Shown here: positions 33,931 through 46,319 of the stretch, piece by piece
Layout: each line of letters begins with the position of its first letter
Numbering within the stretch: position 1 is the stretch's first letter
From: Magallana gigas
Lineage: Eukaryota
Length of the DNA stretch: 64,000 nt
NCBI RefSeq assembly: GCF_963853765.1
Contig: NC_088858.1
Location: 35,340,001-35,404,000 of the forward strand
Direction: 5' to 3'
Translations under genes and position numbers: made by a program
Notes under the pieces: model-generated
The model's input: only the letters and a program-made list of their open reading frames with translations
What the model was told of the DNA's origin: nothing
Database searches by the model: none

Positions 33931-34979
33931 CTGAGAATCCTCTGACTGTAACCACGCTTTTATTCTTTGATGTTTGAAAAACATTTAATCATGAACAGAT
34001 GGAAAGGGAAGGGTTCAAAAGTCGGAATCTCAGATTATCTATACCATGGCTCCAGGGGCCAAAATAGTAATCCTTAAGTAATAAGAGATCAGTAGACTTT
34101 TAATAGTCAATCTTTTATAATATTCACAGTTTTATTTATTATGCACACAACATGCATACAGCTTATTTCTACAAGAATGCAATTCCTGAAATAAAACACA
34201 TCCTATACACTTTATTTACTTCTAGTTGCCTTGCTTACTGAGACCTGCAAAGAGATTTTCTTATACCTGTAATATCTGGATAACCAAACAAGATAGACCA
34301 ATTTGTGTATATCAGTTTCAATAATATTGCAAACTGTAAGGGGGTTTAATGTCAAAATGGTATTTGAGATGTAGCCACAAATGGCATTATAAATATTCTA
34401 GCTTGCATTTTGTAGATTTTCAATGAATAACGAAATCCTTAAAAAGCTGCGCTAGCTGTTCGGTTTTAATTTCATAGCTTACTCTTATGATGTTCTGTTA
34501 TATCATAAACGATGTTTTATATTTACAATAAATCATACTCTAAGCGTTAAAAAAAAGGTCAAATGCTGCTTAAGTTCAAGTTTTTGAATGATGTTTAAGA
34601 CTCATATCAAGCAATATTTACACATAGGAGAGTTACAGAGTTTAACAGCGTCAAATACAATATGCCTTCTGTCATAAAGTATTGTTTCATTAACTTAAAA
34701 ACATCAACATTGTTTGTGCTGGTGAAACAGATGTAAAATATAGTTTTGAATATTCGAATTATATGTGATTTTATAAAAGGCAAAATGCAAGTCTTTTAAA
34801 CTAAATTAGATTTTTAACCAGTCTCTACTTTCATGCATTTATTTCCGTTTTCCTTTAATGTTTGAGCTTAACATAATCATCCTTTCTTATGTCATCCTCT
34901 TGGAATATCTTGGCTTTTTCTTTTTTTTTCTCTTGCGTTTGTCCATCATATAAGTGTAAACTTGGCTTTGAAAATCATC

Positions 34980-35391
34980 TGTAATGGGCGGTTGCCCAAT
35001 GTTATACAGTACTGTATAAGTCCCGAATTAAGCACAGGAATCGATTCTAGTTTTATAACCGTTTATTAAGATATTACAACAATACTTGCACAGCGTAACA
35101 ATAACAGTGCTTACTGTTCAAATGTTTTCCACCCCACTCTCTCAAATCCTGCTTCTGCACAATATATGGACATACAAACACCGTCGGGCTACCCCGGGCC
35201 GGGACGTACTGTGACGTCATACTTAATAAATGACGTTAATTATACAACGAATGCGACAACTTGATAAACGTGAACAATATTACTATAATAACAATATGCA
35301 CACTAATACACATAAACATATGCTTATTAGATACAATTCAATTACTGAAATATTAATTAATACACATAAAATAAACAAGTCTACCGCCACA
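34980..35391 (-). repeat. 3' LTR of Gypsy element 2
   Basis: 412 bp; about 7 substitutions seen versus 42482-42893. PPT (ctcccccc ttccc on +) at 35392-35404. Confidence 0.97.
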
Positions 35392-35658
35392 CTCCCCCCT
35401 TCCCAAGACCTAATGTACTATGTACATTAGTCTCAATTATCAAACATCAAATGTGCATACGATAAAGAACTGAACAAGTATCAATAATACATACATAAGA
35501 GTACAATTAAGAATACTTACATATCATAATAAGCAACACTACATTTTCAAATATAATAACATATAGGATGTGAATGGATACAAACATGTCAAATCACAAA
35601 GTAAACAATATGAAAATTATCAAAGTTCACAAATTAAAGTTAATGAAATTAAGCACAT

Positions 35659-35981
35659 TTATAAATTTATTGTCTCACGTCCACGGTTCGGGGAAGAGTT
35701 TCTTACGCTCAAGTAATTCAATTTCCTCTTCAGTGCGCGGTTTTTGCTCTCTAGTTCGCGGAGGGACGATTCAAGTCGCTGTAGTCTGGTTGCCTTAGCG
35801 ATAGTCAAACCGAGGATGGAAGGATTCGTCTCTTTATGTGTAAACTTAAGGTGGCTCTTCATGTTCGATTTCCTCCTGACCAGTGCCTTACATCCTTGGT
35901 GAGGGCACGTCCACTTCTGTACCCCACGAACATGACGCTCTTCCCAATGGCGCTGGAATTTCGCCCTCGATGGGAAGGTCC
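35659..35981 (-). CDS. Extra C2H2 zinc-finger plus coiled-coil coding exon in the Gypsy 3' region
   Basis: F..RAKFQRHWEERH, WTCPHQGC...RKSNMKSHLKFTH, then heptad-like RLQRLESSLRELESKNRALKRKL. Polypyrimidine/AG acceptor at 35982. Confidence 0.6.
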
Positions 35982-36131
35982 CTTGAAAGTTGAAGAAAAA
36001 AAATAAACTGTTAAGTTCATAAACTCTACAAAACACCAACCTATATCCTCAAGAACAAAACCTTTCTCTAGTCTTTAGTTCAAGTGAATGTAATTCACTA
36101 AGTTTCTCACAACAAATAAAATCAAGCTTAA

Positions 36132-36579
36132 GGTCAGACGACACGTTCCTCGAGAATCTTTTTTGTATCTCCTCGTAATAAAGAGTTCCAATAAAAAATA
36201 TTAATTTTATAATTACTTTTAAAATGATCAAAATTTACTTGGATTTGATTAAATGTCTAGATGGTCGAGTGGTTAGAACCGTGGACGCTGACTGCCAGTA
36301 GCGTATAGGTTCTAGAGGTCTTGAGTTCAAAGCCCCGCCCTGGTGGAGATATAGTTCAAATATAGTGAATTTTGCTTTGCTGTAGATGTATTTATCTTAT
36401 ATCAGCAATTCAAGTGTATTTTCAAGAAGATTGTATACGAAATTGCATACTCTAGTATTTTGCAGAAATGCCTGGTAAGGTACCCTAATTTTTTGCAAGA
36501 GAGCTTGTCAAAGTAGTAGTAAACCATTAACAAATTCCTGGAAAAAGTTATCTAAAATTGAGGAACGTGTCGTCTGACC
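36132..36579. mobile_element. 448-bp MITE with TTAA TSD (Kolobok-like) nested in Gypsy element 2
   Basis: Perfect 20-bp TIR GGTCAGACGACACGTTCCTC. TTAA at 36128-31 and 36580-83. Confidence 0.88.
36255..36373 (+). ncRNA. tRNA-like / Pol III-type cassette (A box, hairpin, B box, T-run)
   Basis: A box TGGTCGAGTGG (36262-72), hairpin TAGAACC...GGTTCTA, B-box-like GAGTTCAAAGCC (36323-34), TTTT at 36370-73. Not a canonical cloverleaf. Confidence 0.45.
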
Positions 36580-36934
36580 TTAAACATAATCACTCAATGA
36601 ATATCAACATTCGCAAACATGTACAGATACAGTCGATACACAACCGAAAGCACTAGCCCATGGTTTTAAACTATATATATGTATGCATGTATCATGTACG
36701 AATAATATCCACCATAACTCTCTTCATATGAGTGTAAAAACAATATATTAAAACAATGTATGTCACAGAGTTCACACGTCTTATTCATGTACCTACATGT
36801 ATGTTCACGGAACTTTATATAAATGAATATTCATTACACTCTAATTCTCTCGATGGAAATTACAACACCAACAACAAGACTAATTTCTTTACTGAATCGC
36901 TTTAAATTTCAATATGTAACGTAGTTTATTATAT

Positions 36935-39900
36935 TTATGGACTGAAAATAACTTTGGGTTTGAGGCGTCTGCCTCTTCTACTGAATTGCGGTGATTTGGG
37001 TCTGGGTTCAACCCTATCATCACTTTCCTCCTCATACTCATTTCTATCATCATTAAAATCCACCCCCTGTCCCTCACCTGACTCTAATTTCTGATTGAGT
37101 AACTTTAAATGGTCAACATGTACTATTTTTAGTTTCCCGTCACTGCATCTTTTTATTTCATAAGTTATATCTGATAATTTTCTGACAATCTCGTAAGGCC
37201 CTGTCCATCCTAAACCAAGTTTTTGGTTTGCTTCAGGTGGATACCAGCGAAGCACTAATGTTTTTGGTTCGAATGACCTAATCTTTAATTTAGTGTCGTA
37301 GTAACGCTTTTGTTTCTGGAAACTACTCTGTAAATTTTCATGCGCGAAGTCAAATGCATTTTACATTGCTTCTTTTAACCATTCGACGTATTTTACGGGA
37401 CATTCTATAGGGGCGTCATTAGGGTGAGTCGGTGACCCTGTGATAATGTCGATAGGGGGTGAAGTCTCTCTTCCTAGCATTAGAATATTTGGGGTACATT
37501 TAGTACTTTCATGTACTGAGGCTCGGTATGCCATAGTTAATAACGGTAAATGCTCATCCCAATCATCTTTATAATCATTGACGAACATCGCCAACATTTG
37601 TTGTAAAGTTCTGTTAAAGCGCTCTATCATCCCGTCTGATTGGGGATGAAAGGGCGTTGTCCTGGATTTTTCAATTTCAAAAATGTCACACATTCGTTTA
37701 AAAAGATTTGACTCGAATTCGCGCCCTTGGTCTGTATGAATTCTTAAAGGCGAGCCATATCGGCATATAAATTCACATACTAATTTGTCAGCGACAGTCT
37801 GTGCCGTGTGGTCTGGAAGAGGATAGGCCTCTGTCCATTTCGTAAAATAATCTCCGACCACCATAATATATTGATTGCCCTTATCAGTTATAGGGAGAGG
37901 ACCCATTATATCTATTGCGACGCATTGTAAGGGTCGGAACACTGGTTCGCGTTTCATGGGCGACTTGCCCAACCCTGGACCGGGTTTCCTACGCTGACAT
38001 GGAACGCAGGTCTGACACCAGCGAGATACATCGCTTGTCATCCCTGGCCAATAGTACCTAGCCCTAACTTTACCTAAGGTCTTCTCTCGACCTAAATGTC
38101 CGGCTGACTTTGCATCGTGAAATTGATTTAAAATTTCTGTTCTAAGGACTTTAGGCACAACTGTTTGTAAATATGTCAAACCGTTCTCGTTTTTCCATAC
38201 TCTACTTAAAATGTCATTTTCCAGTTTTAACAGCTGTCGTTCTCGTATAAGCGCTGTCATTTCAATGCTAGTACTTTTAAGGTTTGATATATCTGTACCA
38301 TTTTTCAGACACTCTCGAATTTCACATATAGATTTGTCATTAGTCTGGGCTTCTATCATACTTTGATTACTCCAGTGAGGTAATCAATTTGGTTCATGTT
38401 GATTTATTAGACTGTGTTCTGTAGAGTGAGCATCTTGTGCTGATGTCTCTTTGTTCGAACTATCTTGCGAATCTACGGCAGTAACGATCGCAGAGCAAAC
38501 TTGCTCTTTCCCACATTGATTGCACTCGGCACGTAAACATCTGCGTCGCGGTCTACGCGACAACGCATCCGCATTACCATGCGAAACTCCTTTGCGGTGT
38601 TCGATACGAAAATCATAAGTATCGAGTAATGAGAGCCATCTTGCTACTATACCTTCCGGTTCTTTGAAATTTTTGAGCCAAATTAAAGACGAATGATCTG
38701 TCCGGATAAGAAAGTTTTTACCGCTAAGATAGTATCTGAAATACTTTACAAACGTTATAACTGCAAGCAGTTCTCTGTAAGTTGTGCAAAAACTCCGTTG
38801 AGAACGAGAAAGAGTCTTGCTAGCATAAGCGATGACTCGTTCCTCGCCATCTTGAATTTGTGACAAGACCGCGCCGATTCCGAAATTACTCGCGTCTGTG
38901 TCTAGCACAAATTGACCGACACGTGTGGGATAAGACAAGATGGGTGCGGAAATTAAAGCTTCTTTCAGCCTTTGAAATGCTACATCGCATTCATCGGTCC
39001 AGGAAAATTTTCTGTTTTTCTGAGTAAGTTGCGTTAATGGAAAGGCTATAGTTGAAAAGTTTTGAATAAATTTTCTATAGTATGACGCAAGACCCAGAAA
39101 ACTGCGAACGTCGGTAACAGATTCGGGCTGCGGCCAGTCGTCGACTGCCTTGATTTTCTCTTCATCACATTTTATTCCGTCGACTGACACAATGTGTCCC
39201 AAATATCGAACTTCATCTTGAAAAAATGTACACTTTTTGGGTTTTAATTTTAACTTAACACTTTTGAATCTGTCAAAAACTAGTTTCAAGTTGTCTAAAG
39301 TTTCTGTAAATGTTTTACCAAATACAATCACGTCGTCAAGATAAACGAGACAACGTTCCCATTGTAACCCGTTTAGAACAAGTTCCATTAGCCGTTCGAA
39401 CGTTTTAGGACTGTTGGCCAATCCGAAGGGCATAACGCGAAATTGGTACAGCCCACGGTGAGTCGCGAAAGCCGTTTTAGGCTTATCCTCCTCGGACATT
39501 TTCACTTGGAAAAACCCTTGAGCGAGGTCTAAAGTACAGTAGTATTGGGCACCTGAAAGTGAATCTAAAGAATCATCGATTCTCGGTAAAGGATAGCTAT
39601 CTTTAATTGTTTTTAAATTCAATTTTCTATAGTCGACGCAAAATCGAGTGCTATTATCCTTTTTCTTAACCAATACAATGGACGCTGCCCATGGTGATTC
39701 ACTTGGCTCAATGATGCCTTGATTAAGCATTTTGTCTATTTCTTCATTAGCTATCTCTCGTTGGTGTATTGGCAATCGCCTATACACCATGTTGACAATC
39801 TGTCTGAAACATTAGACATGAGAGGACTTAAGTGGTCTGGTAAGTCTGTCGTTAACAGTCCGTGGTTGTCTTGTCTAACGTCTGTAGACGCTTGAGTTTC

Positions 39901-40656
39901 TTGCTGATAAATTTCTGTTATAGGCTCAAGAGAAGCTACATAAGCGTTTTTCTTTAATATAACTGTTTCTGGTGTAGGGTTCAAAACAGAAAATACCACT
40001 TCTGAGTTGTTTGATTTTATTATTGACTTTGGTATAATGACGTGTTTTTCACCCATATAACCTTCAATTGGTTCTAAAATACTGTCTATTTCGGGTAATT
40101 TCCCTATGATTTTCCCTTTCAGAAATATTTCTGACTCTCCGGAAATTTTACATGTCTGAATTAATTGTACGCGAGCGCACGAATTTTCCGATTCTAACTC
40201 ATTGGTTAAGGCCAAGTCAAAATTTTTGAACTTCAAAACACCTTTGCCGGTATCAAAAGTAACATGATTACGAGCTAAAAAGTCTAATCCGAGAATTCCT
40301 TCAAGATTTCCTAAATCAGCTACCATAACCGCTTGACTGAATTCTTCATTCTCGATACATAAATTCATAGTACAGCGACCTAACACGGTCATAGGTTCTC
40401 CGTCAGCGGTCGTCAAAATTGACGATTCATTCTCCAGTTCAACATTTCTCAAGGAATCAAACATTTGCTTCGACAGCAAAGTAACCGCGGAACCCGTATC
40501 TACGAGCATTTTAATATCTGAGTTTCCTATTGAAACTTTTATAAACCAGCAGTGTTGAGAAATAGCAGCTAATCTGAAACTATTGGTATTTGGCCTTATA
40601 TTTTTATCAAAATTTGCAACACATTTGTTTGTCTGAGCTGAGCCTGTGGCCTCCAT
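36935..40656 (-). pseudogene. pol: Gypsy pol: protease, RT/RNase H, integrase (interrupted)
   Basis: LVDTGSAVT; SPWAASIVLVKKKD, FCVDYRKLN, MPFGLANSP, YLDDVIV, DTDAS, RTDHSSL; H..REKT..WPGM..C..C, IDIMGPL, HTDQGREF, GMIERFNRT; C-terminal GPYEI motif. Confidence 0.95.
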
Positions 40657-40679
40657 CTCAGCCCGTTCTAGTTTAAATT

Positions 40680-42430
40680 GGCATGCTCCTTTGACTGTTG
40701 TGTCCTTGGAGTCCTAACTGACTCTTTTCTCGCGTAATTTGAATTTTTCTTAGGACAATTACGGCTGATATGACCTTCTTCATTGCAATTAAAACAAATA
40801 AACTTTTAAGAGTCTCTAGTTTTAATTTGCGAACGCGTGTGATTTCTCTGTTCGGTTTTCTCTACCTGACGGGGTCTTTCCGGTTTATTTGATAAATTCT
40901 TTAGAGATTCTTTGACATCTCTCAACGAATCCTCTAACCTATCAAGTCTAGATGTCTCGAGGTTTGAATGACATGGGGTTTTCTGAATATCCTTTTCAGA
41001 ATTTCCTGTGTTTGTCAAGGCCATAACATTTGAATGTACGGGCTCATTCGGTTTACGTAGTACATTGTACGAACCTTCAAAAGCTTCAAATTCTACAGCT
41101 AACGATATAGCTCGATCCAGCGTGCTCGGATGTGCAAACTGAATGTGTCTCTTGATATCTTGATTTCCTAACCCAGAAATATACTGCTCAACGATCAAAC
41201 TCTCTCTCATTTCTATAGGTATAGACGGAAATGCGCGACTCGCTAAACGCTTAAGCGCATATCCATATTCAACTACCGATTCTTCGCGGTTGCGACGTCA
41301 ATTTCTAAATTCACAGCGATATGCTGTAACCCGTTCAGGTGGACAGAATCTCTGCATTAATACGGACTTTAATGTCTCGTACTGACATAAAATTTCTCTG
41401 GGTAATTCTCCTAACTCGCGCTGAGCTACGCCTCGTAGACTCATAGCAAGCTGAAGCGCTTTTTCATGATCATTCCATTCATTCCACTGAGCCACTTGCT
41501 CAAAATGACATACATAATCATTCCATTCAACTTTATTTCTATCAAAAGTGTCCGGTTCTTTCGGTTTCCTATTTATAAGCTTTGTACTTTTCTGTACATT
41601 TGTAGCTTTTTCTCCAAAGTTTGTACCTTCTAAGTCATTGTAAAAAGCATGCATGTCAAAATCAGCATTTGCCCCATTTGGGCCTCTCTGAGTCACGTGA
41701 TTTGTTAAAGTTGACGGCGCGACATGTTTAGAATCGAGGGGAGGATTTATGTTTTTTCCAAGATATTTTGGATTATGTGTGAATGTTTCAACTATATCAG
41801 GAGTATTCATTCTCCTATTTGATACACGTTGTCTTGAATCACACACGATAATTCTTCATTCCTATCGAAACAGTGGAGAGGACTTTGTTGTGAACGTGAA
41901 AACAAACCTGATTCAACATGTACTTGTGTATCTGGAAAGGGGTACGGATCGTGTTTCTGTGATGAATGATCAGCGACCGACCTACAATTTCTGTGTCGCG
42001 GACACGTACAAGTGATAAATCCACTTTCTGATTTTGAAAGACACTGATCATTGTTTTGATAAGATTTAGGTCTAACGACTGAGTTATCGTTCTTTCCAAG
42101 ACTGTCAAGAGGCGGATCAAACGTTCCATTTAATAAGCGCTCTGACTCGTATTCGGTCTCTGAACAGTCAATGTCTAGGGGTAAGTTCTGAGCTTTCTTA
42201 CTAACTGCTTTGTTACATATATGTCTACATTCGCCGTTATTCTCGAAAGATCTGTTCTGATCTAAGGGAGCGGATTTATCGTCTGTTGTCAATAATGGCG
42301 GAGATCCGCGCATCAAGAAACTTGGTGTGAAAAATTTCACAAACCCATTAAAACCACTGGACAAGTTATGTAAAAATGATTCATTCGAAGCCATTGGCTT
42401 TAGTTTTTTCCTTTGTAACAAACTATACAA
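40680..42430 (-). pseudogene. gag: Gypsy gag (split into three ORFs) with CCHC knuckle
   Basis: KEPDTFD...WNDY..HFEQVAQWN.W, YRCEFRN* (stop at 41298), EQYISGL, and CFNCNEEGHISRNC at 40755-40796. Confidence 0.88.
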
Positions 42431-42456
42431 AACAAACAGTTAAAACCAGAATCGAT

Positions 42457-42477
42457 ATCCCGCGGACGAAGCCCCCA
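42457..42477 (-). other. Primer binding site, tRNA-Pro-like
   Basis: TGGGGGCTTCGTCCGCGGGAT versus the tRNA-Pro complement TGGGGGCTCGTCCGGGAT (small insertions), just inside the 5' LTR. Confidence 0.8.
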
Positions 42478-42481
42478 AAAA

Positions 42482-42893
42482 TGTAACGGGCGGTTGCCCA
42501 ATGTTATACAGTACTGTATAAGTCCCGAATTAAGCACAGGAATCGATTCTAGTTTTATAACCGTTTATTAAGATATTACAACAATACTTGCACAGCGTAA
42601 CAATAACAGTGCTTACTGTTCAAATGTTTTCCACCCCACTCTCTCAAATCCTGCTTCTACACAATATATGGACATACAAACACCGTCGGGCTACCCCGGG
42701 CCGGGACGTACTGTGACGTCATACTTAATAAATGACGTTAATTAAACAACGAATGCGACAACTTGATTAACGTGAACAATATTACTATAATAACAATATG
42801 CACACTAATACACATAAACATATGCTGATTAAATACAATTCAATTACTGAAATATTAATTAATACACATAAAATAAACAAGTCTACCACCACA
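42482..42893 (-). repeat. 5' LTR of Gypsy element 2
   Basis: Direct repeat of 34980-35391. Confidence 0.97.
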
Positions 42894-42913
42894 CATCCAT
42901 GAGATTATTGGTT

Positions 42914-44625
42914 GGCATAAATTCTTGATTTTCTTGAATCAAGCATATTGCAGAACCTGTTAAATGAATTTCATCAAATAGATAAGAATATTAATATTTT
43001 AATCTGAAACATTAAAAAAAAAACCATTAAGCTACTTACTATGTTCTGCTATTTCGGGTATTTCTTTTGATGAAAAGTTGATTTCCCTCACACGTTTTTC
43101 AACCTTTTCTTGTTCATCTTTTGGTAAATTGCAGCATAATTCTTCAAAGAAATCTTTTGTTCTCTCCCATCTGTTTTCAACTGTCCCCAACTCTGTCATA
43201 CAAGTCAAACAATGGTGAAATTTACTATTTGTAATTTAAGATCTTGGTTCTATTTCGTCAGGGCATAAATTCTTGATTTTCTTGAATCAAGCATATTGCT
43301 GAACCTATTAAATGAATTTCATCAAATACGTAAGAATAATAATATTTTAATCTGAAACATTAAAAAAAAACATAAAGCTACTTACTTTGTTCTGCGATTT
43401 CGGGTATTTCTTTTGATGAAAAGTTGATTTCCCTCACACGTTTTTCAACCTTTTCTTGTTCATCTTTTAAATTGCAGCATAATTCTTCAAAGAAGTCTTT
43501 TGTTCTCTCCCATCTGTTTTCAACTGTCCCCAACTCTGTCATACAAGTCAAACAATGGTGAAATTTACTATTTGTAATTTAAGATCTTGGTTCTATTTCG
43601 TCAGGGCATAAATTCTTGATTTTCTTGAATCAAGCATATTGCTGAACCTATTAAATGAATTTCATCAAATACGTAAGAATAATAATATTTTAATCTGAAA
43701 CATTAAAAAAAACATAAAGCTTCTTACTTTGTTCTGCGATTTCGGGTATTTCTTTTGATGAAAAGTTGATTTCCCTCACACGTTTTTCAACCTTTTCTTG
43801 TTCATCTTTTGGTAAATTGCAGCATAATTCTTCAAAGAAATCTTTTGTTCTCTCCCATCTGTTTTCAACTGTCCCCAACTCTGTCATACAAGTCAAACAA
43901 TGGTGAAATTTACTATTTGTAATTTAAGATCTTGGTTCTATTTCGTCAGGGCATAAATTCTTGATTTTCTTGAATCAAGCATATTGCTGAACCTATTAAA
44001 TGAATTTCATCAAATACGTAAGAATAATAATATTTTAATCTGAAACATTAAAAAAAAACATAAAGCTACTTACTTTGTTCTGCGATTTCGGGTATTTCTT
44101 TTGATGAAACGTTGATTTCCCTCACACGTTTTTCAACCTTTTCTTGTTCATCTTTTAAATTGCAGCATAATTCTTCAAAGAAGTCTTTTGTTCTCTCCCA
44201 TCTGTTTTCAACTGTCCCCAACTCTGTCATACAAGTCAAACAATGGTGAAATTTACTATTTGTAATTTAAGATCTTGGTTCTATTTCGTCAGGGCATAAA
44301 TTCTTGATTTTCTTGAATCAAGCATATTGCTGAACTTATTAAATGAATTTCATCAAATACGTAAGAATAATAATATTTTAATCTGAAACATTAAAAAAAA
44401 CATAAAGCTACTTACTTTGTTCTGCGATTTCGGGTATTTCTTTTGATGAAAAGTTGATTTCCCTCACACGTTTTTCAACCTTTTCTTGTTCATCTTTTAA
44501 ATTGCAGCATAATTCTTCAAAGAAGTCTTTTGTTCTCTCCCATCTGTTTTCAACTGTCCCCAACTCTGTCATACAAGTCAAACAATGGTGAAATTTTACT
44601 ATTTGTAATTAAAGATCTTGGTTCA
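42914..44625. repeat. Five tandem copies of a ~345-bp exon-intron-exon segment
   Basis: ggcataaattcttg starts at 42914, 43262, 43605, 43950 and 44293. Copies differ by a 3-bp indel and A-run lengths. Confidence 0.92.
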
Positions 44626-46127
44626 AGATTATCGAGCAAAATTTTTTTATTTCTCTGCATAAAGTTTTCAAAGTTAGAATTTTTCCTTGCAGCTCAAACG
44701 AAAACAAATATTGCTTATTAATAAAGGATGCTTTCCTTCTTACCATTCAACTGATTATCAAGTTAAATATACTTGTATTTGAGTTATATATCAATTTGTT
44801 TTCATATTTTGTAAATTAGATAAAAGTTTTTGAATAATGTTTAAGACTAATATCATGCGATATTTATACAAAGGCAAGTTACAGAGTTAAACAGCGTTTA
44901 TATCAGTTTTGATATAGTTTAGAAAGGTTTCTTTATATGCTCGTTTTATCATGAATGTTACAAAAATCCGTCCACTTTGCATAGCCGTCATTATGATTTG
45001 ACCAGGGTGCACATTTATTGATGTTGCTAGCCAATCTCTGAGTTCTTGCACATTTGTCGTGCCATTTACGTTACTCTTAAAATGATAAAAATAATTAAAT
45101 AAAATTTATTAAGTTAATTAAATAAATTAATTTAAATGATTAATAATTGAAACATATGGCTTTCATGCCATGAAATTGATTAAATGTATGTCCATCTTAA
45201 AACTGATTATATTTTTCAACTAGCTGATGATCTTCGCATTTCTCAAAGATCCATTTAAAAAAAACTCATGTTATATTGGAGTTTAAACGTATCCGAAAAT
45301 ATATTCAGCATTCTAGATGTATCAGTTCTCGAAACACACTCCTGGTCCATGAGGTCTTGAAAGAGAAAGAGGCCCATAGGTCAATTCGATCAACATTTAC
45401 TATACTCTTAAGTCCTTTAAAAACATCATCGCATATTCCTGACTAAAAGAGAGAGATCATGTTGTGGAAATGATCTAATCCTAATAGCTAGCTTCAATAT
45501 TTCAAAACAAATCATAGCTTTTATTCATTCCAAAAGTTTTGATTATTTATATTTTCTTCAAAAGTGGCCTTTTGGCCCTCAGAGTAAATGCATGTTAATC
45601 CAGTAAAATAATTCTTATAAAAAAGTTCAAATTTTAACCCCCCCTTGAAAGTGATCGTGACCTTTCTTTTTACTAAAGATAGGTTTGGTTTTGCCAAATG
45701 GTGTTAGGGAAGCTAGAGATTTACCAGGTAATTTGAAATAGCGTCGCAAAAAAACTTCATCAATTAATTTAACAATTTCTGATCAGAAATGTTCCCCTGT
45801 GAACTACGCCCAGCATGATGTAATTTGTAATATCAATTTTAAGAAAACCATGTGAATAAATATTTGGCTATCAATGATATAATGGTCAAGTACTTTCCAA
45901 ATGGGTCATACCCTAAAAAACAGTTTTCATTGCGTGTAAAGTGTCGTCGGTAATACAGCTTCCAGTTCTATCTAAGAAAGCTTGAAGTTAAAGGCTTTCT
46001 TTCCACTATATCTTTAACATTAAAAAAAACATTTAATGTGAAAAAAATGATTGATGTTCATGAATATCTGTATCAAGAAACAAATGCCATTTCAAATATA
46101 CCTGTAGTAAAGTCCCTTTTCTGGAGA

Positions 46128-46319
46128 TTCGACGTTGTGTTGTCATTGCATTCTAAAATGTTGCCAACATTGACATTCGATGGTGCGTTGTCATTGCATT
46201 CTAAAATGTTGCCAACCTTGACATTCGATGTTGTGTTGTCATTGCATTCCAAAATGTTGCCAACCTTGACATTCGATGTTGCGTTGTAATTGCATTCCAA
46301 AATGTTGTCAACGTTGTCT
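46128..46319 (-). repeat. Four 48-bp coding repeats (NILECNDNTTSNVKVG)
   Basis: 48-bp period inside exon 46324-46102. Confidence 0.9.

Larger units (their letters stand above)
34980..42893 (-). mobile_element. Young full-length Ty3/Gypsy LTR retrotransposon
   Basis: 412-bp TG...CA LTRs, 4-bp TSD CATC (34976-79, 42894-97), tRNA-Pro-like PBS, PPT, and gag-PR-RT-RH-INT ORFs with a few stops and frameshifts. Confidence 0.97.

Noticed and set aside
36255-36345. Functional tRNA gene
   Set aside because: No proper acceptor stem or anticodon arm, and it lies inside a MITE; kept only as a tRNA-like cassette.
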